Source of the DNA: Rhodobiaceae bacterium
GTDB lineage: Bacteria; Pseudomonadota; Alphaproteobacteria; RS24
DNA length: 64,000 nt
Direction: 5' to 3'
NCBI GenBank assembly: GCA_038123715.1
Contig: JAYPAN010000004.1
Coordinates: forward strand, 4,744 to 68,743
Below, piece after piece: positions 17,201 through 27,224 of this stretch; the stretch's first letter is position 1; every line of letters begins with the position of its first letter. The notes beneath the pieces are model-generated. The model ran no database searches and was not told where the DNA came from. It saw only the letters and a program-made list of their open reading frames with translations. The translations under genes and the position numbers were made by a program.

Positions 17201-17301
17201 CGCCTGCCTCCCCAAGTAAACGCATCCGACGCCCGCGCGCCGCAACGCCAAACGATAAACAGGCTCTGGCTGGCTGGCAAGTCGCGTGATAAAGTTTTGT
17301 T

Positions 17302-17778
17302 ATGACACAGGCTTCCGATATGAGCTGGCTGCTGCCACCGCAATTTTGTCAGGACATTGAAGTGCGCGATGCCGATATTGATGATTTCGGCCATGTGAAC
17401 AATGTTGTCTATCTTGGCTGGATGGCGCGGGTCGCTTGGGCAGCGTCAAAATCTGTCGGCTTTGACTTTGCGCGTTATGAAAGCCTTGATTGCGGCTTTG
17501 TTGTCACCCGCCATGAGATTGACTATCGCCGCGCCGCCATGCCCGGCGATACAGTGGCGGTGGCGACCTGGATTGCCCGCAATGATGGTCGCTTGCGCCT
17601 GCGCCGCCGGTTTCAAATGGTCGCGCATAAGACAGGCGAAACGCTGGCTTTCGGGCTGACCGATTTTGCCTGCATGAAATTGTCCAATGGCCGTGCCTGC
17701 CGCATGCCGGATGTTTTTGCCAAGGGCTATGCGGTGGACGCCAAGGCCGAGGCGGCGTTTACCGCCGCACTTGATTGA
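17302..17778 (+). CDS. acyl-CoA thioesterase, YbgC/4HBT family
   Basis: DIDDFGHVNNVVYLGW catalytic region and a hotdog-fold length of 158 aa. Confidence 0.7.
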   Translation: MTQASDMSWLLPPQFCQDIEVRDADIDDFGHVNNVVYLGWMARVAWAASKSVGFDFARYESLDCGFVVTRHEIDYRRAAMPGDTVAVATWIARNDGRLRLRRRFQMVAHKTGETLAFGLTDFACMKLSNGRACRMPDVFAKGYAVDAKAEAAFTAALD

Positions 17779-17796
17779 TATGTCATTGACCCTTGC

Positions 17797-18477
17797 TCAT
17801 GGCGCGAGGCGATAACCGCCTTCCTCCGTTAACAGCAATTGCGGCACTGACGGGTCAATCTCAATTTTCTGGCGCAGGCGGTAAATATGGGTTTCCAGCG
17901 TATGCGTGGTGACGCCGGCATTATAGCCCCAGACTTCATGCAGCAGATTTTCGCGCGAGACGGGCGGGCCATCGGCGCGATAGAGAAAGCGCAATATATT
18001 GCTTTCCTTTTCGGTCAAGCGAATCCGCTCGCCATTATTCTGGGTGAGGATTTTCAGCGCCGGTTTGAATTCATAGGGGCCGATTTTCAGCACCGCCGAG
18101 TCGCTGTTTTCATATTGGCGCAAATGCGCCCTTATGCGCGCCAGCAATACACCGAATTTGAACGGCTTGGTGACATAATCATTAGCACCGGCATGAAGGC
18201 CAAGAATCGTATCCGCCTCCGAGCTGGCGCCGGTCAACATGATGATTGGCGCAACAATTTTCTGCTTACGCATGATTTTGCAGGTTTCGCGGCCATCCTG
18301 GTCGGGCAGGCCGACATCGAGCAGAATAAGGTCGAAGCTCTCCTCCCGACAGCGCGCCAAACCGTCCGCCGCCGTATCGGCAAAGACCAGCACAAACTCC
18401 TCATGCAAAGCGAATTGCTCTTCCAGCGCTTCGCCCAGCACAGTATCATCTTCAACCACAAGGATTTTATGCTGCAT
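17797..18477 (-). CDS. OmpR-family response regulator (no adjacent kinase)
   Basis: Receiver domain (ILVVEDD, LILLDVGLPDQDG, KPF) plus a winged-helix output (LTEKESNILRFL, THIYRLRQKI). Start chosen at MQHKILVVEDD. Confidence 0.85.
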   Translation of the reverse strand: MQHKILVVEDDTVLGEALEEQFALHEEFVLVFADTAADGLARCREESFDLILLDVGLPDQDGRETCKIMRKQKIVAPIIMLTGASSEADTILGLHAGANDYVTKPFKFGVLLARIRAHLRQYENSDSAVLKIGPYEFKPALKILTQNNGERIRLTEKESNILRFLYRADGPPVSRENLLHEVWGYNAGVTTHTLETHIYRLRQKIEIDPSVPQLLLTEEGGYRLAP

Positions 18478-18581
18478 GGACAACCTCGTATATTGCGTGT
18501 TGCCCAGCATATAGGGGCGATGGGCGGAGTTGAACCCCCAGATTGCCGGGCGCGGCAAAAGGGCAGCGATATGGATAGGCC

Positions 18582-19118
18582 ATGACCAAGGGCGACACTA
18601 GTGAGGATATTATCGTGCGCGGCACGGGTGAGGGGCATCTTGCCACGCTCAGTTTTGGGGAATTGAGTGCCAAATGCGCGCTTGGCGCAGCAGGCATCAC
18701 CGAGCAAAAGACAGAGGGCGACAAAGCAACACCGGCAGGGCGGCTGGCTTTGCGCCGCCTTTGGTATCGCCCCGACCGCGCGGCGCGTCCGCAAACCGGT
18801 CTGCCGGTCAGCGAAATCCGCCAAAATCTCGGCTGGTCGGACGACAGCGCCGACCCGGATTATAACCGCCTTGTGGGCCTACCGCATGGGTTTGGCCATG
18901 AGAAACTGTGGCGCGATGACGGGCTGTATGATTTATTTATTGAGCTGGGCTGGAATGACACCGCGCCGCAAGCGGGCTTGGGCAGCGCGATTTTTATGCA
19001 TCTTGAGAAGAATGATTTTCAGCCGACATTGGGCTGTGTGGCGATTGCGCGCGACACCATGATGGCCTTGCTGCCGCATTTATCGGCGGCGCATTTTATC
19101 CGCATTGAAAAAGCCTAA
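18582..19118 (+). CDS. L,D-transpeptidase-family (YkuD-like) protein
   Basis: SAIFMHL....GCVAI catalytic His/Cys signature near the C-terminus. Confidence 0.65.
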   Translation: MTKGDTSEDIIVRGTGEGHLATLSFGELSAKCALGAAGITEQKTEGDKATPAGRLALRRLWYRPDRAARPQTGLPVSEIRQNLGWSDDSADPDYNRLVGLPHGFGHEKLWRDDGLYDLFIELGWNDTAPQAGLGSAIFMHLEKNDFQPTLGCVAIARDTMMALLPHLSAAHFIRIEKA

Positions 19119-19825
19119 TCGCGCGGCCCGAAAATTTGCGTGCCGAGCCTGATATGGCTGGCGCCCTGATGTATCGCGGTTTCAAAATCACCACTCATGC
19201 CCATAGAGCAATGCGCCAGCCCATGCGTGTCGGCCAGTTTGCGGAGCAACGCAAAATGCGGCGCAGGCGCATCATCCACGGGCGGCAGGCACATCAGCCC
19301 CTCCGGCTGCAAATCATAGCTTTCGCGGCAAAGCTGCAAAAAATCGGCCAGCTCATGCGGCGCGATGCCGGATTTTTGCGGCTCCTCGCCCGTATTGACC
19401 TGCACATAAAGGCGCGGGAAAGGCGCATCAGGCTGGCGGTCGCGGGCGCGCGCCAGCGCAGCGGCCAATTTCGGGCGGTCGAGCGTTTCAATCACATCAA
19501 ACAGCGCCACCGCCTCCTCAACCTTATTGGTCTGCAACGGGCCAATCAAATGCAGTTCAATGTCTTTGGCCTCCTTGGGCGCATATTTGGCGGCAAAGGC
19601 GCGCAATTGCGGCCATTTGGCCGCCGCTTCCTGCACACGATTTTCACCAAACACGCAATGGCCAAGGGCAATTACCGGCTCAATTGCTGCGACCGGCTTG
19701 GTTTTTGATACGGCCACCAATGTCACCGCATCCGCCGCGCACCCTGCCTGTTCGGCGGCACGCGCCATTTTCGCCTGTATGTCTGAAAGGCGCTTGGCGG
19801 GGGAAATTATCGGCTCACTCATCAA
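19115..19825 (-). CDS. yggS: YggS-family pyridoxal-phosphate homeostasis protein
   Basis: VAVSKTKP (PLP lysine), FGENRVQE and HLIGPLQTNK motifs. Confidence 0.9.
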   Translation of the reverse strand: MMSEPIISPAKRLSDIQAKMARAAEQAGCAADAVTLVAVSKTKPVAAIEPVIALGHCVFGENRVQEAAAKWPQLRAFAAKYAPKEAKDIELHLIGPLQTNKVEEAVALFDVIETLDRPKLAAALARARDRQPDAPFPRLYVQVNTGEEPQKSGIAPHELADFLQLCRESYDLQPEGLMCLPPVDDAPAPHFALLRKLADTHGLAHCSMGMSGDFETAIHQGASHIRLGTQIFGPRD

Positions 19826-19947
19826 CTCATTTGCTCACAGGGTCGCTTGGACAATATGCGGTTTTCAACATTTATTCCGGCAAGACCGGCAGCATGGCGC
19901 GCTTCAAGGCTTGCCTGTCGCGCCATGTCGCGCCAAGCTAGGCGTTC

Positions 19948-20511
19948 ATGCCCTTGCTGACAAGCCCCCAACCGCACTGGCCGTCGCGCATTATGATAAG
20001 CGACGCCGACCGCCTGCCTGACTGGCGCGCGGCACTGGCGCGTTTGCCGCGCGGCAGCGGCCTTGTTTTGCGCGATTATCACCATAAAAACCGCGCCGCT
20101 TTGGCGCAAGAAATGGCGGCGCAATGCGCGGCGCGCGGCCATGTGTTTTTTGTCGGTGGTGATGCGGCACTGGCGCGACGGCTCGGCGCACGCCTGCACG
20201 CACCGGCATATATGACCCATAAACCCGCTCCGATAGCGGCCAGCGCAGCTGCCCATAATGCGGCGGAAATCATCCGGGCAGCGCGACATAATTATCAGGC
20301 CGTGCTGCTGTCGCCGGTTTTTGCGACCAAAAGCCACGCGCACGCACGGCCGCTTGGCGCGGTGCGCCTGCACAGGCTGGCCGGTCTAGCGAAACAATAT
20401 GGGCTGGTTTGTTATGCGCTGGGCGGCATGAATGAGCGCCATTGGCAAAGGCTTGGCGCGGCACATGATTTGCTGCACGGCTTTGCCGCGATTGACGCTT
20501 TTGCCCGCTGA
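19948..20511 (+). CDS. thiamine-phosphate synthase-like (TMP-TENI family) protein
   Basis: VLLSPVFATKSH and YALGG motifs and a size of about 187 aa. The start is uncertain. Confidence 0.55.
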   Translation: MPLLTSPQPHWPSRIMISDADRLPDWRAALARLPRGSGLVLRDYHHKNRAALAQEMAAQCAARGHVFFVGGDAALARRLGARLHAPAYMTHKPAPIAASAAAHNAAEIIRAARHNYQAVLLSPVFATKSHAHARPLGAVRLHRLAGLAKQYGLVCYALGGMNERHWQRLGAAHDLLHGFAAIDAFAR

Positions 20512-20619
20512 CCAACGCCCCCGCCGGTAAACTGGCACAGGTCTTTACATTTGCCCGCACCCGCCATAATAGTGGTGCAGGTTTCAATCTTTCAAAAACT
20601 CCGGCGGAGCTTCAATTCA

Positions 20620-21174
20620 ATGCAAAAATCAAGGCAAACAATCTCCCTTCATGGCGTTCGTGTATTTTCTGCCGCGCTGGCTTTGGCCGTGCTGGCCGCC
20701 TGTGGTCAAGCCGGACGCGAAGCGGTCTATCCCGAAGACACGGATGCGGCAACCGCCGAAACCGGTTCGATTTTCGATATTTTCTCAGGCAGCAGCAAGC
20801 CCACAAGTGAAGCTGCGCCGACACAGGGCGGGGCAAAAAAGCCAAGCGGGCTGGCGGTCAATGCCGATTTGTGGCGCGCCGCGCTGGAGACAATTTCCTT
20901 CATGCCGCTGGCCTCGGCCGACCCAATCGCCGGTGTGGTGATTACCGAATGGTATAATGACCCGAAAATTGCCGATGAGCGTTTCAAGATAAACATTATT
21001 GTCAGCGGCGTTGAGCTGCGCGCCGATGCGGTGCGCGTGACGCTGATGCGCGAGAAAAAACGCGGCGCGCGCTGGTCAACTGTGGATGGCAATAAGCTGG
21101 TCGCGCGCCAGCTTGAAAACATTATTCTGACCCGCGCCAGAGACTTCCGTATTCGCGGTGCCGCACGGCGCTAG
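20620..21174 (+). CDS. DUF3576 lipoprotein
   Basis: Lipobox LAAC and the conserved [29 protein letters not shown] block. It lies upstream of leuS, as in other alphaproteobacteria. Confidence 0.7.
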   Translation: MQKSRQTISLHGVRVFSAALALAVLAACGQAGREAVYPEDTDAATAETGSIFDIFSGSSKPTSEAAPTQGGAKKPSGLAVNADLWRAALETISFMPLASADPIAGVVITEWYNDPKIADERFKINIIVSGVELRADAVRVTLMREKKRGARWSTVDGNKLVARQLENIILTRARDFRIRGAARR

Positions 21175-21205
21175 CGCCCGCGCAAACCGCCGGAAAGAGG
21201 CTGTT

Positions 21206-23770
21206 ATGGAAAGATACGACCCCGCACAAAGCGAGCGCCGGTGGCAAGCGGCGTGGGAAGAACAGGATTGTTTTGCCGCCCTGCCGATAGATTGCGGCAA
21301 GCCGAAATATTATGTGCTGGAAATGTTTCCCTATCCGTCGGGGCGGATTCATATGGGGCATGTGCGTAATTACGCAATGGGCGATGTGGTGGCGCGGTTC
21401 AAAAAAGCGCAAGGCTTTAATGTGCTGCACCCAATGGGCTGGGATGCGTTTGGTATGCCGGCCGAAAATGCTGCGATGGAGAAAAACACCCATCCCGCCG
21501 ATTGGACATATAAAAATATCGATACTATGCGCGCGCAATTAAAGCGGCTCGGCCTGTCGATTGACTGGAGCCGCGAATTTGCCACTTGCGACCCTAACTA
21601 TTACCGCCATGAACAGGCCATGTTCCTTGATTTTCTTGACGCCGGTTTGGTTGACCGGCGCGAAAGCACTGTCAATTGGGATCCGGTCGATATGACTGTT
21701 CTGGCCAATGAGCAGGTGATTGACGGCAAGGGCTGGCGGTCGGGCGCGACGGTTGAGCAAAAGCGGCTGACGCAATGGTTTTTGAAAATCACCGATTATG
21801 CGGGCGATTTGCTGGATGCGCTGGACGGGCTGACACGCTGGCCGGAAAAAGTGCGGCTCATGCAGCGCAATTGGATTGGCCGTTCCCAAGGGCTGCAATG
21901 CCGGTTTGAATTGCAACAGCCTTTTGGAGATATTGATGCGCTGGACGTGTTCACCACGCGGCCCGATACTTTTTACGGTGCCAGTTTTTGCGCCATTTCG
22001 CCCGACCATCCGCTGACGCTTGCACTGGCCGAGACAAGTGCCGAAGTGCAGGCTTTCCGCGCCGAATGTGCGGCGCGCGGCACCAGCGAAAGCGATATTG
22101 AGGCCGGTGAAAAACTCGGTCTGGATACCGGCTTGCTTGTGTGTCACCCGTTGGACAAGGACTGGCTGCTGCCGGTCTATATCGCCAATTTTGTCTTGAT
22201 GGGCTATGGCACGGGGGCGATTTTTGCCTGTCCCGCCCATGACCAGCGCGATTTGGATTTCGCCCGCAAATATGGCCTGCCCGTGCGTCCGGTCGTGCGC
22301 CCGCGCGACACTGGCGATGATTTCGATATTGGCGATGAAGCCTATACGGGTGACGGCGTGTTGTTTCATTCCGCCGAGCTGAACGGGCTGACGCCGGGTG
22401 AAGCGCAAGAAAAACTGATAGCCGAATTCGCCGCTGACGGGCGCGGCACGGCGCAAATCAATTTCCGGTTGCGCGATTGGGGCGTTTCGCGGCAACGCTA
22501 TTGGGGCTGCCCGATTCCGATTATTCACTGCGATGATTGCGGAGCAGTGCCGGTTCCGCGCGCTGAATTGCCAGTTCGCCTGCCCGATGATGTCAGCTTT
22601 GACAGGCCGGGCAATCCGCTTGACCATCACCCGACATGGAAACATGTTGCCTGTCCGGTCTGCGGCAAGGATGCGCGGCGCGAGACAGATACTTTCGACA
22701 CATTTATAGACAGCAGCTGGTATTTCGCCCGCTTTACCGAATTGGCCGAAACCACACCGACCGAACCGGCGGCAACCGGCCATTGGCTGCCGGTTGATCA
22801 ATATATTGGCGGCATTGAACATGCGATTTTGCACCTGCTCTATTCGCGCTTTTATGCCCGTGCCATGGAAAAAACCGGCCATTTGAGCGTGCGCGAGCCG
22901 TTTGACGGGCTGTTCACGCAAGGCATGGTGTGTCACGAAACCTATCGCAATGCGGAAGGGCAGTTTTTGTCGCCCGATGAGGTAACGATTGGCGCTGACG
23001 GGGCGTTTGAAAAAGCCGATGCGGCGGGCAAAGTGACCATTGGCGCGGTCGAGAAAATGTCGAAATCAAAGAAAAATACCGTCGATCCGGATGATATTGT
23101 CGCCCGCTATGGGGCCGATACGGCGCGCTGGTTCATGCTGTCCGACAGCCCGCCCGAACGCGATGTGCAATGGACGCAAGAAGGCATTGAGGGCGCTTGG
23201 CGCTTTGTCCAGCGCGTCTGGCGGCTGGTCAATGAATTTGCCGAAAACGCGGCTGACACGCAAAGCGGCGAAGTCGGCCAAGACGGCGAAGCGGTTTACC
23301 GCGCCACCCAGCGCGCCATTGTCGATGTGACACAAGACCTTGAGGCACTGGCCTTTAACCGCGCCGTCGCCCGACTGTATGAGCTGACGAATATATTATC
23401 CGGCTTCAAGCCGACCAATGCGGCCGAGCAGGCGATTTTGCGCGACGGGCTGGCTTGTCTGGTGCAGCTTTTCGCGCCCATGATGCCGCATCTGGCCGAA
23501 AGCTGTCACAATCTGCTTGGCGGCGACGGGCTGTTGGCTTCAACCCCTTGGCCGAGCGCCGATGAGAGCGTGCTTGTTGAGGACAGCGTGACCCTGCCGG
23601 TGCAAATCAACGGCAAAAAAAGAGCCGAAATAAATGTTCCCAAAGACGCCGACAAGGATATGATTGAACAGCTTGCTTTGGCCGAGCCTCAAGTGGAGAA
23701 ATTTATTGACGGGCAAACAATACGCAAAGTCATTATTGTGCCGGGACGCATTGTCAATTTGGTCATTTAA
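21206..23770 (+). CDS. leuS: leucine--tRNA ligase
   Basis: HMGHVRNY (HIGH) and KMSKSKKN (KMSKS) motifs over about 855 aa. Confidence 0.97.
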   Translation: MERYDPAQSERRWQAAWEEQDCFAALPIDCGKPKYYVLEMFPYPSGRIHMGHVRNYAMGDVVARFKKAQGFNVLHPMGWDAFGMPAENAAMEKNTHPADWTYKNIDTMRAQLKRLGLSIDWSREFATCDPNYYRHEQAMFLDFLDAGLVDRRESTVNWDPVDMTVLANEQVIDGKGWRSGATVEQKRLTQWFLKITDYAGDLLDALDGLTRWPEKVRLMQRNWIGRSQGLQCRFELQQPFGDIDALDVFTTRPDTFYGASFCAISPDHPLTLALAETSAEVQAFRAECAARGTSESDIEAGEKLGLDTGLLVCHPLDKDWLLPVYIANFVLMGYGTGAIFACPAHDQRDLDFARKYGLPVRPVVRPRDTGDDFDIGDEAYTGDGVLFHSAELNGLTPGEAQEKLIAEFAADGRGTAQINFRLRDWGVSRQRYWGCPIPIIHCDDCGAVPVPRAELPVRLPDDVSFDRPGNPLDHHPTWKHVACPVCGKDARRETDTFDTFIDSSWYFARFTELAETTPTEPAATGHWLPVDQYIGGIEHAILHLLYSRFYARAMEKTGHLSVREPFDGLFTQGMVCHETYRNAEGQFLSPDEVTIGADGAFEKADAAGKVTIGAVEKMSKSKKNTVDPDDIVARYGADTARWFMLSDSPPERDVQWTQEGIEGAWRFVQRVWRLVNEFAENAADTQSGEVGQDGEAVYRATQRAIVDVTQDLEALAFNRAVARLYELTNILSGFKPTNAAEQAILRDGLACLVQLFAPMMPHLAESCHNLLGGDGLLASTPWPSADESVLVEDSVTLPVQINGKKRAEINVPKDADKDMIEQLALAEPQVEKFIDGQTIRKVIIVPGRIVNLVI

Positions 23771-24254
23771 CGGCTGGCGACACGGGCTTTTGCTGCTGCC
23801 GATATTGGCGGTGCTGCTGGCCGGATGTGGCTTTGAGCCGGTGCATAAGAGGGGGGTTGCCGGTGAAGAACGCTTTGCCCTGCGCGCGCTGAGCCTGCCC
23901 GCCACACCGGCAGGCGACCAGCTAAAGCGATTGCTGGCGCCCTATCTGTCGGAAAATGCGGAAGCGGATTATGCGCTGGAAATTGCGCTTGAAACCGGCC
24001 AAACCGGCCTGTTGCTGGACAGGGAAGGCACGGCGCTGCGTTTGCGCGTAACCTCGCAGGCGCAATTGACGCTGCTCGGCGATGCGGCGACTTCTAGCGC
24101 GTCCAAAACCCTGGCAGTGGCACAGGAATATACAAGGCTGGATGATGATATGGTCAATCTGGCGACGCGCGAATATCTGGAAGAGCTGAATGTGATTAGC
24201 CTGTCTGATGCGATTATCCAGTATTTGCGCGGGATAGAGGATGGTTGGCGATGA
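23751..24254 (+). CDS. lptE: LPS-assembly lipoprotein LptE
   Basis: Lipobox LLAGCGF and the leuS-lptE-holA synteny. No ATG is available, so I assume a TTG start at 23751 overlapping the leuS end. Confidence 0.6.
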   Translation: MSIWSFNGWRHGLLLLPILAVLLAGCGFEPVHKRGVAGEERFALRALSLPATPAGDQLKRLLAPYLSENAEADYALEIALETGQTGLLLDREGTALRLRVTSQAQLTLLGDAATSSASKTLAVAQEYTRLDDDMVNLATREYLEELNVISLSDAIIQYLRGIEDGWR

Positions 24255-25312
24255 AACTGGCCGCCCATCAGGTCGATAATTTCCTGCAAAGCATGACAGC
24301 CGAAAATGCGCCGCGCCTTATTCTGGTCTATGGCCCGGACAGTGGCGGGGTGCGTGAAATTATCCAGAAACTGCGTCGCACCTATTTGGGGCCGGAAGCC
24401 GACCCGCTGCAATTGGCGCAAATTGACGAACGCGACTTGTCGGGCGACCGCGCCGCACTGGCGACAGAAGCCGCCGCCATTCCGATGTTTGGCGGCAATA
24501 AGCTGGTGCATGTGCGCGGCGGGGGCGCGCCGGTCAGCGCGGCGGTGGCGCATTATTTGGAGAACCCTTCCCCCGATGCGCTGGTGCTGGTCGAAGCCGG
24601 AGCGCTGAAACCCTCAAGCGGTCTCCGCAAGGCGGCGGAGGCCAGCAAACAGGCTATGGCACTGCCCTGTTATGAGCTGGAGGCGCGCGATATGGCGCGG
24701 CTGGCGCGCGACCATTTGGAAAAACACGGGCTGAACATTGAAGCGGCGGCCTTGCAGGCATTGGTTGGCATGTTGGCTACAGACAGGGGCATTTTGCAGC
24801 GCGAGCTTGAAAGGCTGGTGCTGTTTATGGGGTCGGAAGCCGCCCTTGTCACTATGGATGATATTGATGCCGCTATGGGCGATATTGCCCAAAGTTCAGT
24901 TGATGCGCTGGTCGATAATATCGCTTTGGGCAAAATTGACGCCGCCGACCAGGCGCTTGACCGGCTGGTCACGGGCGGGCGTTCTGTGTCGAGCCTGCTT
25001 GGTACCATTCGCGGCCATTTTCAGACTTTGCATCTGGCCGCCGCGATGAAAGAAAAAGGCGTGCGCGAGCAGCAGATTTTTGCAGGCTTTCGCCCGCCTC
25101 TGCATTTTCGCCGCAAACCGCTGGTCACCCGCCAGCTTGAGCTTTGGAGCAGTGGTAAAATCACCCGCGCGCTGACTTTGCTGCAAAATGCCGAACGCTT
25201 CAGCCGCAGCGGGGCGACATCCGGCGCGCCGGGACTGGATGACGCACAAGCCGGCCAAGTGCTGTTGCGGATTGCCCGCGCCGCCCATCTTCAACCCGCA
25301 AATCGCGCCTAG
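24251..25312 (+). CDS. holA: DNA polymerase III delta subunit
   Basis: ATGA overlap with the lptE stop, LILVYGPDSG N-terminus, about 350 aa, and conserved synteny. Confidence 0.85.
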   Translation: MKLAAHQVDNFLQSMTAENAPRLILVYGPDSGGVREIIQKLRRTYLGPEADPLQLAQIDERDLSGDRAALATEAAAIPMFGGNKLVHVRGGGAPVSAAVAHYLENPSPDALVLVEAGALKPSSGLRKAAEASKQAMALPCYELEARDMARLARDHLEKHGLNIEAAALQALVGMLATDRGILQRELERLVLFMGSEAALVTMDDIDAAMGDIAQSSVDALVDNIALGKIDAADQALDRLVTGGRSVSSLLGTIRGHFQTLHLAAAMKEKGVREQQIFAGFRPPLHFRRKPLVTRQLELWSSGKITRALTLLQNAERFSRSGATSGAPGLDDAQAGQVLLRIARAAHLQPANRA

Positions 25313-26271
25313 CCGCGCGCCAGCAAAACCGCCACCAGCCCGTCAAGCTGTTCCAGCGAACGATAATCAATCCGCACCGCACCGCCCTTTTCGCCGCCCT
25401 TATCATCAATTTGCACTTTCAGGCCAAGCGCATCGGCCAGCGTTTTTTCCAATGCCCGCGTATCAGCGTCTTTTTCATCGGATTTGGGGGATTTGGGGGA
25501 TTGGCCACCCGCGCCCATCCCTTCACCAGCAACCTTACCGGCCGCCAGTTTTTCCGCCTGCCGAACATTAAGCCCTTGTTTTACAATCATTTCTGCCAGT
25601 TTCTCCGACTCTTCATGAGCCAGAATGGCGCGCGCGTGACCGGCAGACAGCGCGCCCGATATAAGATAGTCGCGGATTTTGGCGGGCGCCCCGGCCAGCC
25701 GCAGCGTATTGGCAATATGGCTGCGGCTTTTACCAATTATCTCTGCCAAATCGGCTTGCGTATAGGTGAATTCATCAATAAGTCGTTGATATCCTTCGGC
25801 TTCTTCCACCGGATTCAAATCGGCGCGCTGCACATTCTCAACAATGCCAATTTCCAGCGCCTCGCTGTCCGATAAATCGCGTATCACCACCGGCACATTG
25901 TGTAATTGCGCCTGCTGCGCCGCCCGCCAGCGCCGTTCGCCAGCGATGATTTCATATTGGCCGTCGCCAATCGGGCGCACCAGCAATGGCTGTAAGATGC
26001 CGCTTTTCTTGAAAGATTCGGCAAGGCTGGACAAGTCATCAGGGTCAAAATGTCGCCTTGGCTGAAACTTTCCCGGCTGCAAACAATCAATCCCAAGCGT
26101 CATCGGTGCGGCCTGACCATTGGCGGCAAGCGCTTCACCGTTTGGCGTGTCACCTTTTGGCGGGTCGGAAGCGACTGGGGCGTCAACAGCTTGCGTCGGT
26201 TGCGGCGATACCGGATTGTCGCCAATCAGCGCCGACAGGCCGCGCCCCAAACCTCTTTTTTTCTCACTCAT
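25309..26271 (-). CDS. parB: chromosome partitioning protein ParB
   Basis: RGLGRGLSALIG, IIAGERRWRAA and an HTH region. Start chosen at MSEKKRGLG, which has a GAGG 6 nt upstream. Confidence 0.93.
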   Translation of the reverse strand: MSEKKRGLGRGLSALIGDNPVSPQPTQAVDAPVASDPPKGDTPNGEALAANGQAAPMTLGIDCLQPGKFQPRRHFDPDDLSSLAESFKKSGILQPLLVRPIGDGQYEIIAGERRWRAAQQAQLHNVPVVIRDLSDSEALEIGIVENVQRADLNPVEEAEGYQRLIDEFTYTQADLAEIIGKSRSHIANTLRLAGAPAKIRDYLISGALSAGHARAILAHEESEKLAEMIVKQGLNVRQAEKLAAGKVAGEGMGAGGQSPKSPKSDEKDADTRALEKTLADALGLKVQIDDKGGEKGGAVRIDYRSLEQLDGLVAVLLARG

Positions 26272-26318
26272 CTTTGCCTCTTTCATTTCCGGCGGGGTAT
26301 TGCCGCCCCTTTGCGCCC

Positions 26319-27164
26319 TTATGCAGCTTGGCCGCGCGCTTCTTCGCGCTGTATCAACTCCGATGCCAGCCGCATATAGGCCTGACTGCCCGCGCATTTA
26401 TGGTCATAAAGCAGCGCCGGTTTGCCAAAACTCGGCGCCTCCGACACGCGCACATTGCGCGGGATCACACTTTGATAGACCAGCTCGCCAAAATGGCCGC
26501 GCACATCATTTTCCACCTGCCCCGACAGATTGTTCCGCAAATCGAACATGGTCAGCACAATGCCCTGAATATCCAGCGCCGGATTCAAACTGTCGCGCAC
26601 CTGCTCTATGGTTTGCAAAAGCTGGCTCAACCCTTCCAGCGCGAAAAACTCGCATTGCAGCGGCACCAGCACGGATTGGGCAGCCACCATCGCGTTTAAT
26701 GTCAGCATGTTCAGCGAAGGCGGGCAGTCAATCAGAATATATTCATAGGATTTGCCGGAATTGTTATTGGCCTGAAATGCGGCAATCTCATCGGCCAGAC
26801 GGTGCAAGCGGCGCGGGTTTTCGGCCAGCTCCACCTCTATGCCCAACAAATCCATGCTGGCTGGCAACAGGTCAAAGCCCGGCACGGCAGTGCCACAAAT
26901 TGCTTCGGCCAATGGCACTTCACCCAGCAACACATCAAAGCTGGTTTTGTCGCGCGCCGCGCGGTCAATGCCCAAGCCGGTGCTGGCATTGCCTTGCGGG
27001 TCAATATCAACCAACAAAACCGGCACGCCAATGGCGGCCAGCGCAGTGCCAAGATTTATCGCAGTGGTGGTTTTGCCAACGCCGCCTTTTTGATTGGCCA
27101 AACAAATAATGCGGGGCGTTGCGCTGCGGGGATTTGGCGCGCGCTCTGTGTTTATATTTTCCAT
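26319..27164 (-). CDS. parA: chromosome partitioning ATPase ParA
   Basis: Deviant Walker A NQKGGVGKTTT; Soj/ParA family. Confidence 0.95.
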   Translation of the reverse strand: MENINTERAPNPRSATPRIICLANQKGGVGKTTTAINLGTALAAIGVPVLLVDIDPQGNASTGLGIDRAARDKTSFDVLLGEVPLAEAICGTAVPGFDLLPASMDLLGIEVELAENPRRLHRLADEIAAFQANNNSGKSYEYILIDCPPSLNMLTLNAMVAAQSVLVPLQCEFFALEGLSQLLQTIEQVRDSLNPALDIQGIVLTMFDLRNNLSGQVENDVRGHFGELVYQSVIPRNVRVSEAPSFGKPALLYDHKCAGSQAYMRLASELIQREEARGQAA

Positions 27165-27224
27165 TAGCAATCGCCCCCACTTTGCCTCGAAACAGCCGCA
27201 ATTCAGGGGTTTCGAGTATTTCGC

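Noticed and set aside
19826-19947. A TPP riboswitch upstream of the thiamine-phosphate-synthase-like gene.
   Set aside because: No CTGAGA/ACCTGA-type conserved THI-box core is visible, and the gap is short (122 nt).
21539-22936. 465-aa ORF antisense to leuS. Similar long antisense ORFs occur at 17887-18585, 26120-27109, 28988-30004, 30478-31287, 32333-33307, 39453-40319, 44076-45005, 45096-46007, 48535-49113 and 56897-57676.
   Set aside because: Each lies exactly opposite a gene with unmistakable conserved motifs (leuS, parA, mnmG, mnmE, hisBHA, grpE and others). Their translations are Arg/Ala/Pro/Gly/Gln-rich low-complexity strings with no recognisable motifs or RBS. This is typical of open antisense frames in GC-biased coding DNA.
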